This document shows positions 37,111-46,113 of a stretch of DNA of 64,000 nucleotides, in pieces. The stretch's first letter is position 1; the number at the start of each line of letters is the position of its first letter. The notes beneath the pieces were generated by a model. The model was not told the origin of the DNA. It did not search any database and was given only the letters and a program-made list of their open reading frames with translations. Source of the stretch: Dehalococcoidia bacterium (GTDB lineage: Bacteria; Chloroflexota; Dehalococcoidia; Bin125); contig OY820591.1 of NCBI GenBank assembly GCA_963555985.3, forward strand, positions 1,792,001 through 1,856,000, written 5' to 3'. Both the position numbers and the translations under genes were made by a program.

Positions 37111-37716
37111 CTAGCGCTGGGCGCTGGTCGGGGCTCCGCGAGCGCGAAGGTCGTACGCCATGACCACCAGGTCACGGAGACGACCATCGCGGGCCACCAC
37201 CCATCCCGGCAGCGTGGCGACGGGTTCAAAGCCGAGCGACTTGAACACCGCTTGCGCGCTGCCCTGATCGTGCGTCATTCGTGCGGAGATTCGCTCAAGG
37301 CCGATTGAGTCGGCGATGGCGAAGATCTCCTCAGCCAGGAAGCGGCCGAGTCCTTGGCCGCGGATCTGAGAATTGACCGTGACGCGGATCTCACCGATGT
37401 GCTCAGTCCAGCCGGCCTCATTATGCACGAGCGACGCTTCGCCCACGATGTGATCCTGATCGATCGCCAGCACGGTCGTAGTCGAGTGGTTGGCAATGTT
37501 CTCCAACCAGCGATCGACGACCCGCTCGTCGGTGATATCCCAGGGGAGATACAGCAGATCGTCGCGCGAAAGCGACCGCGCAAACGCCAGGAATCGCGAC
37601 TTGTCCGCTTGGGACATCAGGCGTACATCGATTTCACGACCACCGCGGAGGGTGGCGCGACTGGGGTATCGGCGAGCGATCAGGGCGGCCTGGCGGGCGG
37701 ATGCGTCAGTGGCCAT
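37111..37716 (-). CDS. GNAT family N-acetyltransferase
   Basis: IVGEASL, RGQGLG acetyl-CoA motif, FKSLGF. Confidence 0.88.
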   Translation of the reverse strand: MATDASARQAALIARRYPSRATLRGGREIDVRLMSQADKSRFLAFARSLSRDDLLYLPWDITDERVVDRWLENIANHSTTTVLAIDQDHIVGEASLVHNEAGWTEHIGEIRVTVNSQIRGQGLGRFLAEEIFAIADSIGLERISARMTHDQGSAQAVFKSLGFEPVATLPGWVVARDGRLRDLVVMAYDLRARGAPTSAQR

Positions 37717-37857
37717 CGGTTGTCTCCGGTCAGAAGCTACAACGTATGCCTTCGCGAGCGATTGCAATGGGGAGCGTAACATCGCACGCGCAGCGGCGGG
37801 AGTACCCCATGCGCTGCGAACGAGTCTCCCGTCACACGAATGTCGCCTAAACGCCTC

Positions 37858-38412
37858 CTAGTTGCTCGGCGGTCGCCAACGCGTGGTCTTGGGTTGCACA
37901 CGCGCGCCCCGATCCGCAGCCGAGTCGATCTCTAGGACAACCTGATCGCCGGGATGGACAATCCCCTGTCGTGCGACTCGCGCATAAAGCCGCGAGCGGC
38001 CGGGATGGGTCTGGTGATTGATTCGGTTGAAGTCGCCGTCGCGGAAGCAATGGGCAATGATCCGACAGGGCGAGGCATATGAGGTGATCTCGACGATCAC
38101 TTGGTCGCCCAATCGGAGGCGAGAGCCGGGCACGAGGCGCTTCCACTCGATGCCGCGGACGGTGACGTTCTCTCCAGCTGCGCCCGCGCGGATGTCGTGG
38201 CCGTCGGCGCGGAGCTGGTCAATGATCTCCGATGACCAGAGACAGAGGGCGCGTTCCGGTCCTCCGTGATGGCGGCGATCGCGTTGACGATCCTGGGTGA
38301 GGCCATATTCGTTGACGACCGCTTCGGGGACGGCTCGCTTGGGGACGCCGCCGCGTGAGGCGCTGAGCTGTTCGATGCGTCCGATGGTCTGGGGCGGTTG
38401 TTCGGTCGACAT
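37858..38412 (-). CDS. MOSC domain protein (YiiM-like)
   Basis: GGVPK, HHGGPERAL, GENVT, PC, LYARV...G.VHPGD. Confidence 0.9.
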   Translation of the reverse strand: MSTEQPPQTIGRIEQLSASRGGVPKRAVPEAVVNEYGLTQDRQRDRRHHGGPERALCLWSSEIIDQLRADGHDIRAGAAGENVTVRGIEWKRLVPGSRLRLGDQVIVEITSYASPCRIIAHCFRDGDFNRINHQTHPGRSRLYARVARQGIVHPGDQVVLEIDSAADRGARVQPKTTRWRPPSN

Positions 38413-38465
38413 CAAGCGCTCCTTGCCGTGGCAGGCGGTGGTCGTGGAGAGTGTAGTGGGATGGA

Positions 38466-40091
38466 TTAGGTCCAACGCTCAATGATGCCGTCGATGTAGA
38501 GGATGCGGAGAGCAGTGAGTAAACCCGGCGTGAGTTGGTTGCGTGTCGGCTCGGGGACGCCATCGAGCAGGTCATTCAGGAGTTGCCGTACGGTCTGCCG
38601 ACCGTCGATCCGGTGTACCAGCGCGGCGACTGCCGTGCTGACCTGTGCGCCTTGTGGTCGCGAACTTGAGGTGATGACCGCGCCCCAGTCGAATTGACCC
38701 TCGCCGATCACCGGCTTGCGTTCGAGCGAGACGCCGCTGGCGAGCACGGGAATCATTTCGAGGATCGGACTGCGGTCGGGCCAGGCGCTATCGATCCAGC
38801 CGGCGGCGGCGCGGGTGCGGCGCTCGCGCTCCTGCTCGACGGCGGCGACGCCTTCGACGAAATCGGGCGGGGCTTCGCCGCGTTCGAGGACGACCCGCTC
38901 GTAGCCTTGCGGCGGCTGTCCGGCGACGGCGGCGATGAACGCTTCGCGCGGGGACACGTCATCGGAAGTCTGGGTGATCCTGCGCGCCTCCCAGAAGTAG
39001 GAGTCGGAGGTACGGTTGGAGGCGTAGAAGAGCGCGGCCATCTCGCGGAACTGGTGGTACTGCTGCATGTAGAGCTGGGTGTAGACCTCGGCGGCGGGCT
39101 TGCGCATTTCGGGGTCGCGCAGCGCCGAGGTGACGTAGGCGGACGCGAGCACTGCCGACGACAGCGCCAGGTGGACGCCGGATGAGAAGAGCGGATCGAT
39201 GAAGCAGGCAGCGTCGCCGACAAGGATGTAGCCGTCGCCGACAAGCCGTTCGGATGTATACGCCCAGTCGCGGATGACGCGCGGCTCGTCGATTGTTTCC
39301 GCGCCGGCGAGCATTTGAGCGGTACGTCCTGTCATCGCGAGCTGGCCGCGATAGAACTCTTCGGTCGGCGCATCCGCGAGCTGCGCGCCGCCCCAGGCAG
39401 CGTCAACAACGACTCCGACGGACATCACGTTGTCGGGCAGTGGGATGGCCCAGGACCAGCCGTGTTCGTAGGCCTCGATGAAGATGTTGCCGGCGTCCGG
39501 TTCGGGCAGTCGTTGCGCACCTCGGTAGTAACTGTAGACGGCGAGATTGCGGAAGAACTCGTCGTTGACTCGCAGGTCGAGACGGCGGGCGAGGAAGCCG
39601 TTCTGTCCGCTGGCGTCGACGATCCAGTCTGCCTCGAAGAGCTGCGCTTCGCCATTCGCAGCCTCGACGGTCACTGTCTTGGCAGCACCCGTTTCGAGAT
39701 TGACATCAACCACCCGACAACCCTCATGGACGGTGACGCCATTGCGTTGGGCGTTGCGGAGGAGCATCAGATCGAATGCGGGCCGCCAGACCTGATAGGC
39801 GTGGGGATTGCGGGGATTAGTTTCGGCGAAACGCCACGACCACGGTTCGAGGTCGCGGCCCCAGACCATGGTGGCACCGTACTTGGGGGTGAAACCGGCG
39901 GCTTCGAGCTCGGGCAGGACACCGAGCGTGTCGAGGATGGGGATCGAGGCAGGGAGCAGCGACTCGCCGACATGTTCGCGGGGAAAGACCTCGCGCTCGA
40001 AGAGCTTGATGTCGAATCCCTGTCGGGCGAGCAAGGTGGCGGCGGTGGAGCCGCCGGGTCCGCCGCCGATGACGAGGATGGAGTGGGTCAT
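38466..40091 (-). CDS. Flavin-dependent halogenase
   Basis: GGGPGG, FPREHVGES, F.PK.G (catalytic Lys), WSWAIP (WxWxIP), GDAACFIDPLFSSGV. Confidence 0.88.
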   Translation of the reverse strand: MTHSILVIGGGPGGSTAATLLARQGFDIKLFEREVFPREHVGESLLPASIPILDTLGVLPELEAAGFTPKYGATMVWGRDLEPWSWRFAETNPRNPHAYQVWRPAFDLMLLRNAQRNGVTVHEGCRVVDVNLETGAAKTVTVEAANGEAQLFEADWIVDASGQNGFLARRLDLRVNDEFFRNLAVYSYYRGAQRLPEPDAGNIFIEAYEHGWSWAIPLPDNVMSVGVVVDAAWGGAQLADAPTEEFYRGQLAMTGRTAQMLAGAETIDEPRVIRDWAYTSERLVGDGYILVGDAACFIDPLFSSGVHLALSSAVLASAYVTSALRDPEMRKPAAEVYTQLYMQQYHQFREMAALFYASNRTSDSYFWEARRITQTSDDVSPREAFIAAVAGQPPQGYERVVLERGEAPPDFVEGVAAVEQERERRTRAAAGWIDSAWPDRSPILEMIPVLASGVSLERKPVIGEGQFDWGAVITSSSRPQGAQVSTAVAALVHRIDGRQTVRQLLNDLLDGVPEPTRNQLTPGLLTALRILYIDGIIERWT

Positions 40092-40190
40092 AGGGTCAGG
40101 ATACGCAGACCTTCCCGTGTGCCGGGCGGGGGAATTTTTGGGCTGGCGCCGCGACTTTGCAGCCGCAGGTGGGGAATTGAGCGACAGGTA

Positions 40191-40291
40191 GTCCGGAAAA
40201 GTCCAGATTCGTCCAGATCCGTCTGGATTGTTCGGGTGTTAGAGCGGAATTAGAGACGTTAATCCGAGTGTGTCCTGATTTGTCTAGGCGG
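40191..40291. repeat. Degenerate 10-bp periodic tract A
   Basis: GTCCGGAAAA GTCCAGATTC GTCCAGATCC GTCTGGATTG ... ATCCGAGTGT GTCCTGATTT GTCTAGGCGG. Confidence 0.7.
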
Positions 40292-40442
40292 GTTGCGGCG
40301 GTCATGGCTGGAGTCGTTTGTTGCGCGTGTGGAGTGAAGTGCGGTTGATCATATACGGACTGGCGTTCTGTGCCGGGCTGACTTTGAGTGAAGTGTGGCG
40401 GGGATCACAGTGTGGATTGGGTTTGGGGACCCCCTCTGTCGC

Positions 40443-40464
40443 TCCCCGCGTTCGCGGGAATGAG
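40443..40464 (-). repeat. REP-like palindrome, family A variant
   Basis: Reverse complement CTCATTCCCGCG-AA-CGCGGGGA. Confidence 0.55.
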
Positions 40465-40480
40465 GGAAAGGAGAGACGTG

Positions 40481-40511
40481 CAGAGACCCGCCGGAGCGGG
40501 TCTCTGATTTT
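40481..40511. terminator. Terminator-like hairpin downstream of the LLM gene
   Basis: CAGAGACCCGC-CGGA-GCGGGTCTCTG perfect 11-bp stem followed by ATTTT on +. Confidence 0.65.
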
Positions 40512-40533
40512 GCGAACTGCGGGCGGGTGCGCG

Positions 40534-41832
40534 TTAGTCGCCGCTGAGGGGCGCGCCGGTCTGGGTGTCGACCTCGAAGGCGCCCTTGAGGTCGAGTTCC
40601 TTGCCCATCTCGCGGACGGCGGGGATGACTTCCTCGCCGAAGAGGCGGAGGGAGCGCATCGCGTCCTCGTGGTTCATCGCGCCGTCGCCGTCCCAGAAGA
40701 AGATGTTGCCGGGGCGCAGCTCTTCGAGGACGTGGCGGATTTTGGGGATGACGGTCTTCGGCGTACCGGTGATGATCGAGTACTTGTTGACCTGCTCCTC
40801 GTAGGTACCGAAGGCGTCGGCGTCGCGCTTGTCCTGCTCGGCTGCTTCCTGCTCGGCCAGGGCGGCCTCGCGGGCGGCTTCGCGGCCACGTGCGGCGGCG
40901 GCGAAGGTGGTGACGGTCGGCAGCAGCGCGGTGCGGCTGGTCAGGCCAGGCAGATTCTGGAGGTTGGCGCGGACGTTGCCCTGGTTGCCCTCGAGGAACG
41001 GGTTGGCCGGGCCGCTGATGTACTTGCGGCCGGCTTGCTCGGCCAGCTCTTCGGTTTCGTCGACGTGGACCTTGAAGAGGTAGCCGTGGTGCTCGGTCGA
41101 GGCTTCGTAGCCGTTCTCCTGCGCAACCTCGTCGTAGTACTTGAACGATTGCTTGGTCGGCTCGATCTCGGTGGCGAGCATCACGTAGGGGTAGCGATGC
41201 TCGGCGCACCACTTGACGGTGTTCCGCGACATCACGCCGGGAATCCAGATCTGCGGGTGCGGCTCTTGGTAGGGGCGAGCCCAGGGGTTGACGTAGCGGT
41301 ACTGGTAGTGCTCGCCTTCCCAGCGGAACGGTCCGGGAGTAGACCAGGCCTTGACGACGAAGTCGTGGGCTTCCTGGAAGCGCTCCCAGTTGAAGGGCGA
41401 CTGTGAGTTGTGAGCGACGGACTCACGCCCGGTACCGCGCACCCAACCGGTGACGAGGCGGCCTCGCGAGATCATGTCGATCTCAGCGAGTTCCTCGGCC
41501 AGCCAGAGCGGGTCTTCCCAAATCGGGAGGACATTGCCGAGCAGGACGATCTTGGCGCGCTTGGTGATGCGGGCAAGGATCGCGGCTTCGACGTTCATCA
41601 CGCCGCCCATGCAGAAGGGCGTGGAGTGGTGCTCGTTGAGCATCAGGCCATCGAAGCCCATCTCCTCGGCGTAGACCTTCTCGTCGAGGTAGCGGTTGTA
41701 GAGCTCGGCGCCAATGCGGGGGTTGTAGTCCCCATTAGTCATACCGAGGTCTTCGATCTCACGCCCGGTGGCACCGACCCAACCGGAGTCGAAGTCTTGA
41801 TAGGGGCGTTCGGTGAAATAGCCGATGAACAT
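40534..41832 (-). CDS. LLM class (luciferase-like) flavin-dependent monooxygenase
   Basis: GFDGLMLNEHH, AEELAEIDMISRGRL, PYQEPHPQIWI, SLRLFGEEVIP. Confidence 0.93.
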   Translation of the reverse strand: MFIGYFTERPYQDFDSGWVGATGREIEDLGMTNGDYNPRIGAELYNRYLDEKVYAEEMGFDGLMLNEHHSTPFCMGGVMNVEAAILARITKRAKIVLLGNVLPIWEDPLWLAEELAEIDMISRGRLVTGWVRGTGRESVAHNSQSPFNWERFQEAHDFVVKAWSTPGPFRWEGEHYQYRYVNPWARPYQEPHPQIWIPGVMSRNTVKWCAEHRYPYVMLATEIEPTKQSFKYYDEVAQENGYEASTEHHGYLFKVHVDETEELAEQAGRKYISGPANPFLEGNQGNVRANLQNLPGLTSRTALLPTVTTFAAAARGREAAREAALAEQEAAEQDKRDADAFGTYEEQVNKYSIITGTPKTVIPKIRHVLEELRPGNIFFWDGDGAMNHEDAMRSLRLFGEEVIPAVREMGKELDLKGAFEVDTQTGAPLSGD

Positions 41833-41916
41833 GTTCAGGGGGTCCTCTCGGGGGTTCGGCTCCGCTCGCGGCGGGTTTCACGCATGATACGACAGTGCGC
41901 GCTGTCTCGCAGTGGG

Positions 41917-42711
41917 TTAGACGCTGGCGACGAAGGCGCTCACGGCCTCCGCAGCGGCCTGCGGATTTTCCAGTTCGACCAGGTGGCCCAGTCCGTCGAG
42001 CACCTGGATACGGCTGTTGGGCAGATGAGCGTCGTAGACCTCGGCCACGCCGATCGGGACGACGCGATCGTGTTCGCCCCAGAGCAGCAGGGTCGGCGTC
42101 TCCATCTCGGTCAGGAGATAGGGAAGCTGGCGATTGAACATCCAGGGCTTCCAGGTCAGGCGCGCGGTCATTTCGCGCGAGAAGTCCCAGAGTTCCTTGA
42201 GTTCCGGCGCGGCTTCGTCGCCGAAGACTTCGGCGTAGGCCTCGTCGGAGGAGAAGCCGAGCTTCACGTACTCCTCGAACTCGTAGAAGATCACATCGGC
42301 GATTTCGCCTTCCTCGGGCTGGACGCCGGCTGCGCCGATCAGAGTGAGGCTGTCGAGGCCGTGCAGGTGCATGGAGGCGAGTTCGGCCGCAACCCAGCCG
42401 CCGAAACCGAGACCGACGAGGTGTCCGCCGCCTTCAATGCCGAACTTGTGGATCGCGCTGTGGATCAGAATGGCGACATCGCGCGGGTGTCGAGCCCAAA
42501 CAGGACGCTCAGACTGGCCGTAGCCGGGGATGTCGATCACGGTCACCGTGTGGTTCTCGGCGAGGTGGTCGTAGAACGGGATCCAACCCGGGCTGCCGGT
42601 CGAGTGATGGAGGACGACGATGTTCGGTCCGGAGCCGTCTTGCAGCGCGTGAACTTTGAGGCCGGCGACGGTGACGTCGATCGAGGTATGGGTCTCGGTC
42701 TGAGTGGTCAT
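41917..42711 (-). CDS. Alpha/beta hydrolase fold protein with Gly at nucleophile position
   Basis: VVLHH, DIPGYGQS, VGLGFGG, WGEHDRVVP, GHLVELE; AGGAG RBS. Confidence 0.88.
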   Translation of the reverse strand: MTTQTETHTSIDVTVAGLKVHALQDGSGPNIVVLHHSTGSPGWIPFYDHLAENHTVTVIDIPGYGQSERPVWARHPRDVAILIHSAIHKFGIEGGGHLVGLGFGGWVAAELASMHLHGLDSLTLIGAAGVQPEEGEIADVIFYEFEEYVKLGFSSDEAYAEVFGDEAAPELKELWDFSREMTARLTWKPWMFNRQLPYLLTEMETPTLLLWGEHDRVVPIGVAEVYDAHLPNSRIQVLDGLGHLVELENPQAAAEAVSAFVASV

Positions 42712-42816
42712 AGGGGATACTCCTGAGCATGGGGAGATGGTTCGTGTCACTGAAATGATAAGCGTCGGTAGGATAACCGCCAACTACTACCGCCGAGGAG
42801 GCGGGGAGGCCAGCGC

Positions 42817-45800
42817 ATGTTCGGACTGATGCGGCTTGCGGCGCTGCGTGAGTTGCGCGGCGGTCGGTGGTTGATGCTCGCAGCGGCGGCGGTGATCACG
42901 ATCTCGGCGGCGCTCACGGCCGCGCCGCTGGTGTACCGCCCGACCGCCGCCGACCTCGCGCTGCGGGAGTTGATCGCTCAGAGTCCACGAGCGGCGCAGT
43001 TTGCCGACCACGCACGCGCCCAGCGACCGGCTGACGAGGCGAACTGGGATACCGTCTACGAGTCGTCGCGCGCCGCGCAGGCGGCGTTTCTTGCAGAGTT
43101 CGATGGACTGCTGGGCGATACGCGCGCAATCGTCGAATCGCCGCTGTTCCCCGGCCGTTATGTCAGAGCTGACCTGGGGTATGCCGAGTCGTTACCGACA
43201 TACCTGATGTGGTTCGAGGGGCTGCGTGAAGGCGCGCGCCTCGTCGATGGTGACTGGCCCTCGGACGGACTCAGCGCGAACGGGGCGGTGCCGGTCCTGG
43301 CCGGGCTCGCATTGGCGGAGGAGGTCGGGCTCGAAGTCGGCACGATCTTGAACGAGGATTCATTGGCGCTCGAGGTGGTCGGGCTGGTGGAGCCGATCGC
43401 GAATCCATCGCAATCCTTGGCGTTGCACTACACCGACGTGTGGTTTGAACTACAGATCGATGTTGGCATCGGAGGGGCGGAAGAGCCGTACATGGGCTTG
43501 TTCGTCTCGCGCGACGCGCTGCTGGGCCCGGTTGCGCAGCAGTGGCCCGGGTTGACGCTGACGCATCGCCTGAGGACGAAACTCAGTCCGACGGCGCTCG
43601 TGTCCGACCAGGTGGATGAGGCGATCGAAGCGCTGGCGGGATACAGCCAATCTTTGAGCCGGTTGGAAGGCGGGTCGTCGGGCATTTATCTCGAGCGCGT
43701 CTTGCGCGACTTTGAGCGGCGGGCGCAATTTTCGGCGGGACAGTCGCTGCTGGCCGGGTTGCAGGTTGCGGCTGCGGGACTGTTCGCGGTGGCGCTCGTC
43801 GGCCGTTTGATTGCAGCCCGGACGCGCCCGGATCGGGAGCGGTTGGCGGCTCGCGGGGCGAAGGCTTGGCAGCAAGCAGCGGCGCAGGCGCTGCTCGGCC
43901 TCTGGATTGCGGCTCCGGCGGCGGCGCTGGGCGCTCCGCTGGCGGCGTTTGCCTTGCATCACTCGGGGAGACTGGGAGCGCTGGCGAGAGTCAGCGGGGG
44001 CGAGCCGCTGGATACGCGCCTGACCTGGGAGGCCTGGCTGCTTGCGGTCGGCGGTGCGCTGTTGGCCTGGGCTGCCTTCACCGCTCCGGCCTGGTTCGAG
44101 GCGCGGCGCGGATCCAGAGTGGATCGTCGCGGCATGCTCGGCGGGAGACCGGTTCGGCAGTCGCTGATCCAGCGCGCGTGGCTCGATGTCGCGCTGTTGG
44201 TGCTTGCGGGCGTGCTCTTCCTGCAGTTCGAGAGTGAGGCCTCGGGCGGGGCGCTGGCAGCGTTCGAGACGGGGGGGATCAATCCCGTGTTGATGCTCAG
44301 TCCGGGCTTGCTCCTGCTCGGAGCGGCGCTGGCGTTGATGCGGATTGGACCGCGGCTGTGGGGCGCGATGGGAACGATCCTGGCACGGATGGGCACGCCA
44401 TCCTGGCTGTTGTTGGGAGTGCAGACCACCGCGCGGAATCCGGGCGGCGCGATGTTGCTGACCGCGCTCGTTGCGTTCGTGACCGCGGTGGGACTGATCT
44501 CGGCGACGTATGCATCGACCATCCGTGAGATGGAGACGGAGCGGGTGCGCTACAGCGTGGGTGCGGACCTACGGGGCGTGTCGATTGGCAGCAACCTCGG
44601 CAATTCGACCGCCGGGCGTGTGACCGAGCCGCTGGATTCGCGAGCGGATGTCTCAGGGTCTGCGGCGGCGTTTCGAGGGATCGGCTCGATCGGCGGCGAC
44701 AAGGCCGGCAGCCGTGTGATTCTGCTGGGTGTTCAGACCGATCGCTTGGGCGAAATCGTGGAGCTGCGTGAGGAGCTGTTGGGTCTGCCGCCCGATCAGC
44801 TACTCAGCGCGATTGCGCGCGAGCCCGGACGCCCTGGTGTGGAACTGCCCGAAGGTACGGTAGGACTGTCGCTTTGGGCACGCACGGATCCTGGCAACTC
44901 GAACCTCGAACTCCACGTGCGCGTGCTCGACCGTTACGGACAGGCGCATGAGCGGCGGCTTGCCTACTCAACCGGCAGCACCTTGAGCGGCGAATGGCAG
45001 GAGTTGCGCGCGTCGGTGCGGACGCTGAGTGGTCCGCTGCGGCTCGCCGCCTTGATCGCGCGACCGCAAGCGCGAGTGGTGCGCGCGCCGACCGGGGTGA
45101 TGTGGATCGACGACCTGCGCGCCCAGCGCGAAGATGATTCAGTGTTGGTGGAAGGTTTCGAGGCTGATGCTCCCTGGTTCACGGCGTCCGGCGGGGCCGG
45201 TGCGGATCGAGTGGAGTTTGGATCCGAAGGGGCTCGAGAAGGCGAGAGCGCGCTCGCCTACCACTGGGCCTCGCTCGCTGCGAATGATGAGCGCTTGATC
45301 GTGCGGGCCTCGCCGAATGTGCCGGTATCGGCTGCCATGGATCGGGCCTCGTTCGAGGCTTCTGGGCTTGCCCTAGGCGACGTGATTCCAATTGCGCTGG
45401 CGAACTTTTCGGCGCCGGTGCGGATTACCGCTGTCGTCGATTACTTTCCGACGCTGAATCCGGCCCAAGGTGGATTCGTGATTGCGGACCTGCTGGCGCT
45501 GCGGGCGGCGTCTCTGGTCTCATCGCAGCAGGCGGTATTGCCGATCACCGAGGTCTGGGCGGGCGTGTCGTCGGATGGGGGGCGGATCGCGGTGAGGAAT
45601 TTGCTGGATGAGGTGTACCTGTCGAGCGCGGTGTTCGACGCCGTGGGGCTGACGACCGCGGCGCAAGAGGATCCATTTCGTTCCGGAGGGGTTTCGGCGC
45701 TGTTTCTGGTGGGATTTCTGGGATTGTTGATCGTGGGCACGGCGGCGCTCGTATTGACGTTGGCTTCGGCGGCGACGGAACGAGCGCGTGAATTCGCGCT

Positions 45801-46113
45801 GCTGCGCACGATCGGCATGGCTCGGAGCGAGCTTGCCTTACAGGCGGCGGTTGAGGTGGGACTTGTGCTGATCGCTGGAGTTGGAGTGGGTCTGGGTCTC
45901 GGTTGGGCGGTGACCGGAGCGCTATTGGCGTTCCTCAATGTGACGGTGGAAGGTGTGGCGGCGGCCCCGCCGACTGTGTTGTCGGTAGATTGGCTGGTCG
46001 CAGGTCTTGGGGTAGCGGTGATCGTGATTTGCGGACTTTTGGGGACGGCGCTGGTTTCGCGTTGGGCATCGGGACGGGATGCGGCGATGCTATTGCGCGA
46101 GGGGAGTGAGTGA
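42817..46113 (+). CDS. Large FtsX-like ABC transporter permease
   Basis: Two TM bundles, LAARGA, YSVGADLR, YFPTL, RAREFALLRTIG; GGAGG RBS. Confidence 0.85.
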   Translation: MFGLMRLAALRELRGGRWLMLAAAAVITISAALTAAPLVYRPTAADLALRELIAQSPRAAQFADHARAQRPADEANWDTVYESSRAAQAAFLAEFDGLLGDTRAIVESPLFPGRYVRADLGYAESLPTYLMWFEGLREGARLVDGDWPSDGLSANGAVPVLAGLALAEEVGLEVGTILNEDSLALEVVGLVEPIANPSQSLALHYTDVWFELQIDVGIGGAEEPYMGLFVSRDALLGPVAQQWPGLTLTHRLRTKLSPTALVSDQVDEAIEALAGYSQSLSRLEGGSSGIYLERVLRDFERRAQFSAGQSLLAGLQVAAAGLFAVALVGRLIAARTRPDRERLAARGAKAWQQAAAQALLGLWIAAPAAALGAPLAAFALHHSGRLGALARVSGGEPLDTRLTWEAWLLAVGGALLAWAAFTAPAWFEARRGSRVDRRGMLGGRPVRQSLIQRAWLDVALLVLAGVLFLQFESEASGGALAAFETGGINPVLMLSPGLLLLGAALALMRIGPRLWGAMGTILARMGTPSWLLLGVQTTARNPGGAMLLTALVAFVTAVGLISATYASTIREMETERVRYSVGADLRGVSIGSNLGNSTAGRVTEPLDSRADVSGSAAAFRGIGSIGGDKAGSRVILLGVQTDRLGEIVELREELLGLPPDQLLSAIAREPGRPGVELPEGTVGLSLWARTDPGNSNLELHVRVLDRYGQAHERRLAYSTGSTLSGEWQELRASVRTLSGPLRLAALIARPQARVVRAPTGVMWIDDLRAQREDDSVLVEGFEADAPWFTASGGAGADRVEFGSEGAREGESALAYHWASLAANDERLIVRASPNVPVSAAMDRASFEASGLALGDVIPIALANFSAPVRITAVVDYFPTLNPAQGGFVIADLLALRAASLVSSQQAVLPITEVWAGVSSDGGRIAVRNLLDEVYLSSAVFDAVGLTTAAQEDPFRSGGVSALFLVGFLGLLIVGTAALVLTLASAATERAREFALLRTIGMARSELALQAAVEVGLVLIAGVGVGLGLGWAVTGALLAFLNVTVEGVAAAPPTVLSVDWLVAGLGVAVIVICGLLGTALVSRWASGRDAAMLLREGSE

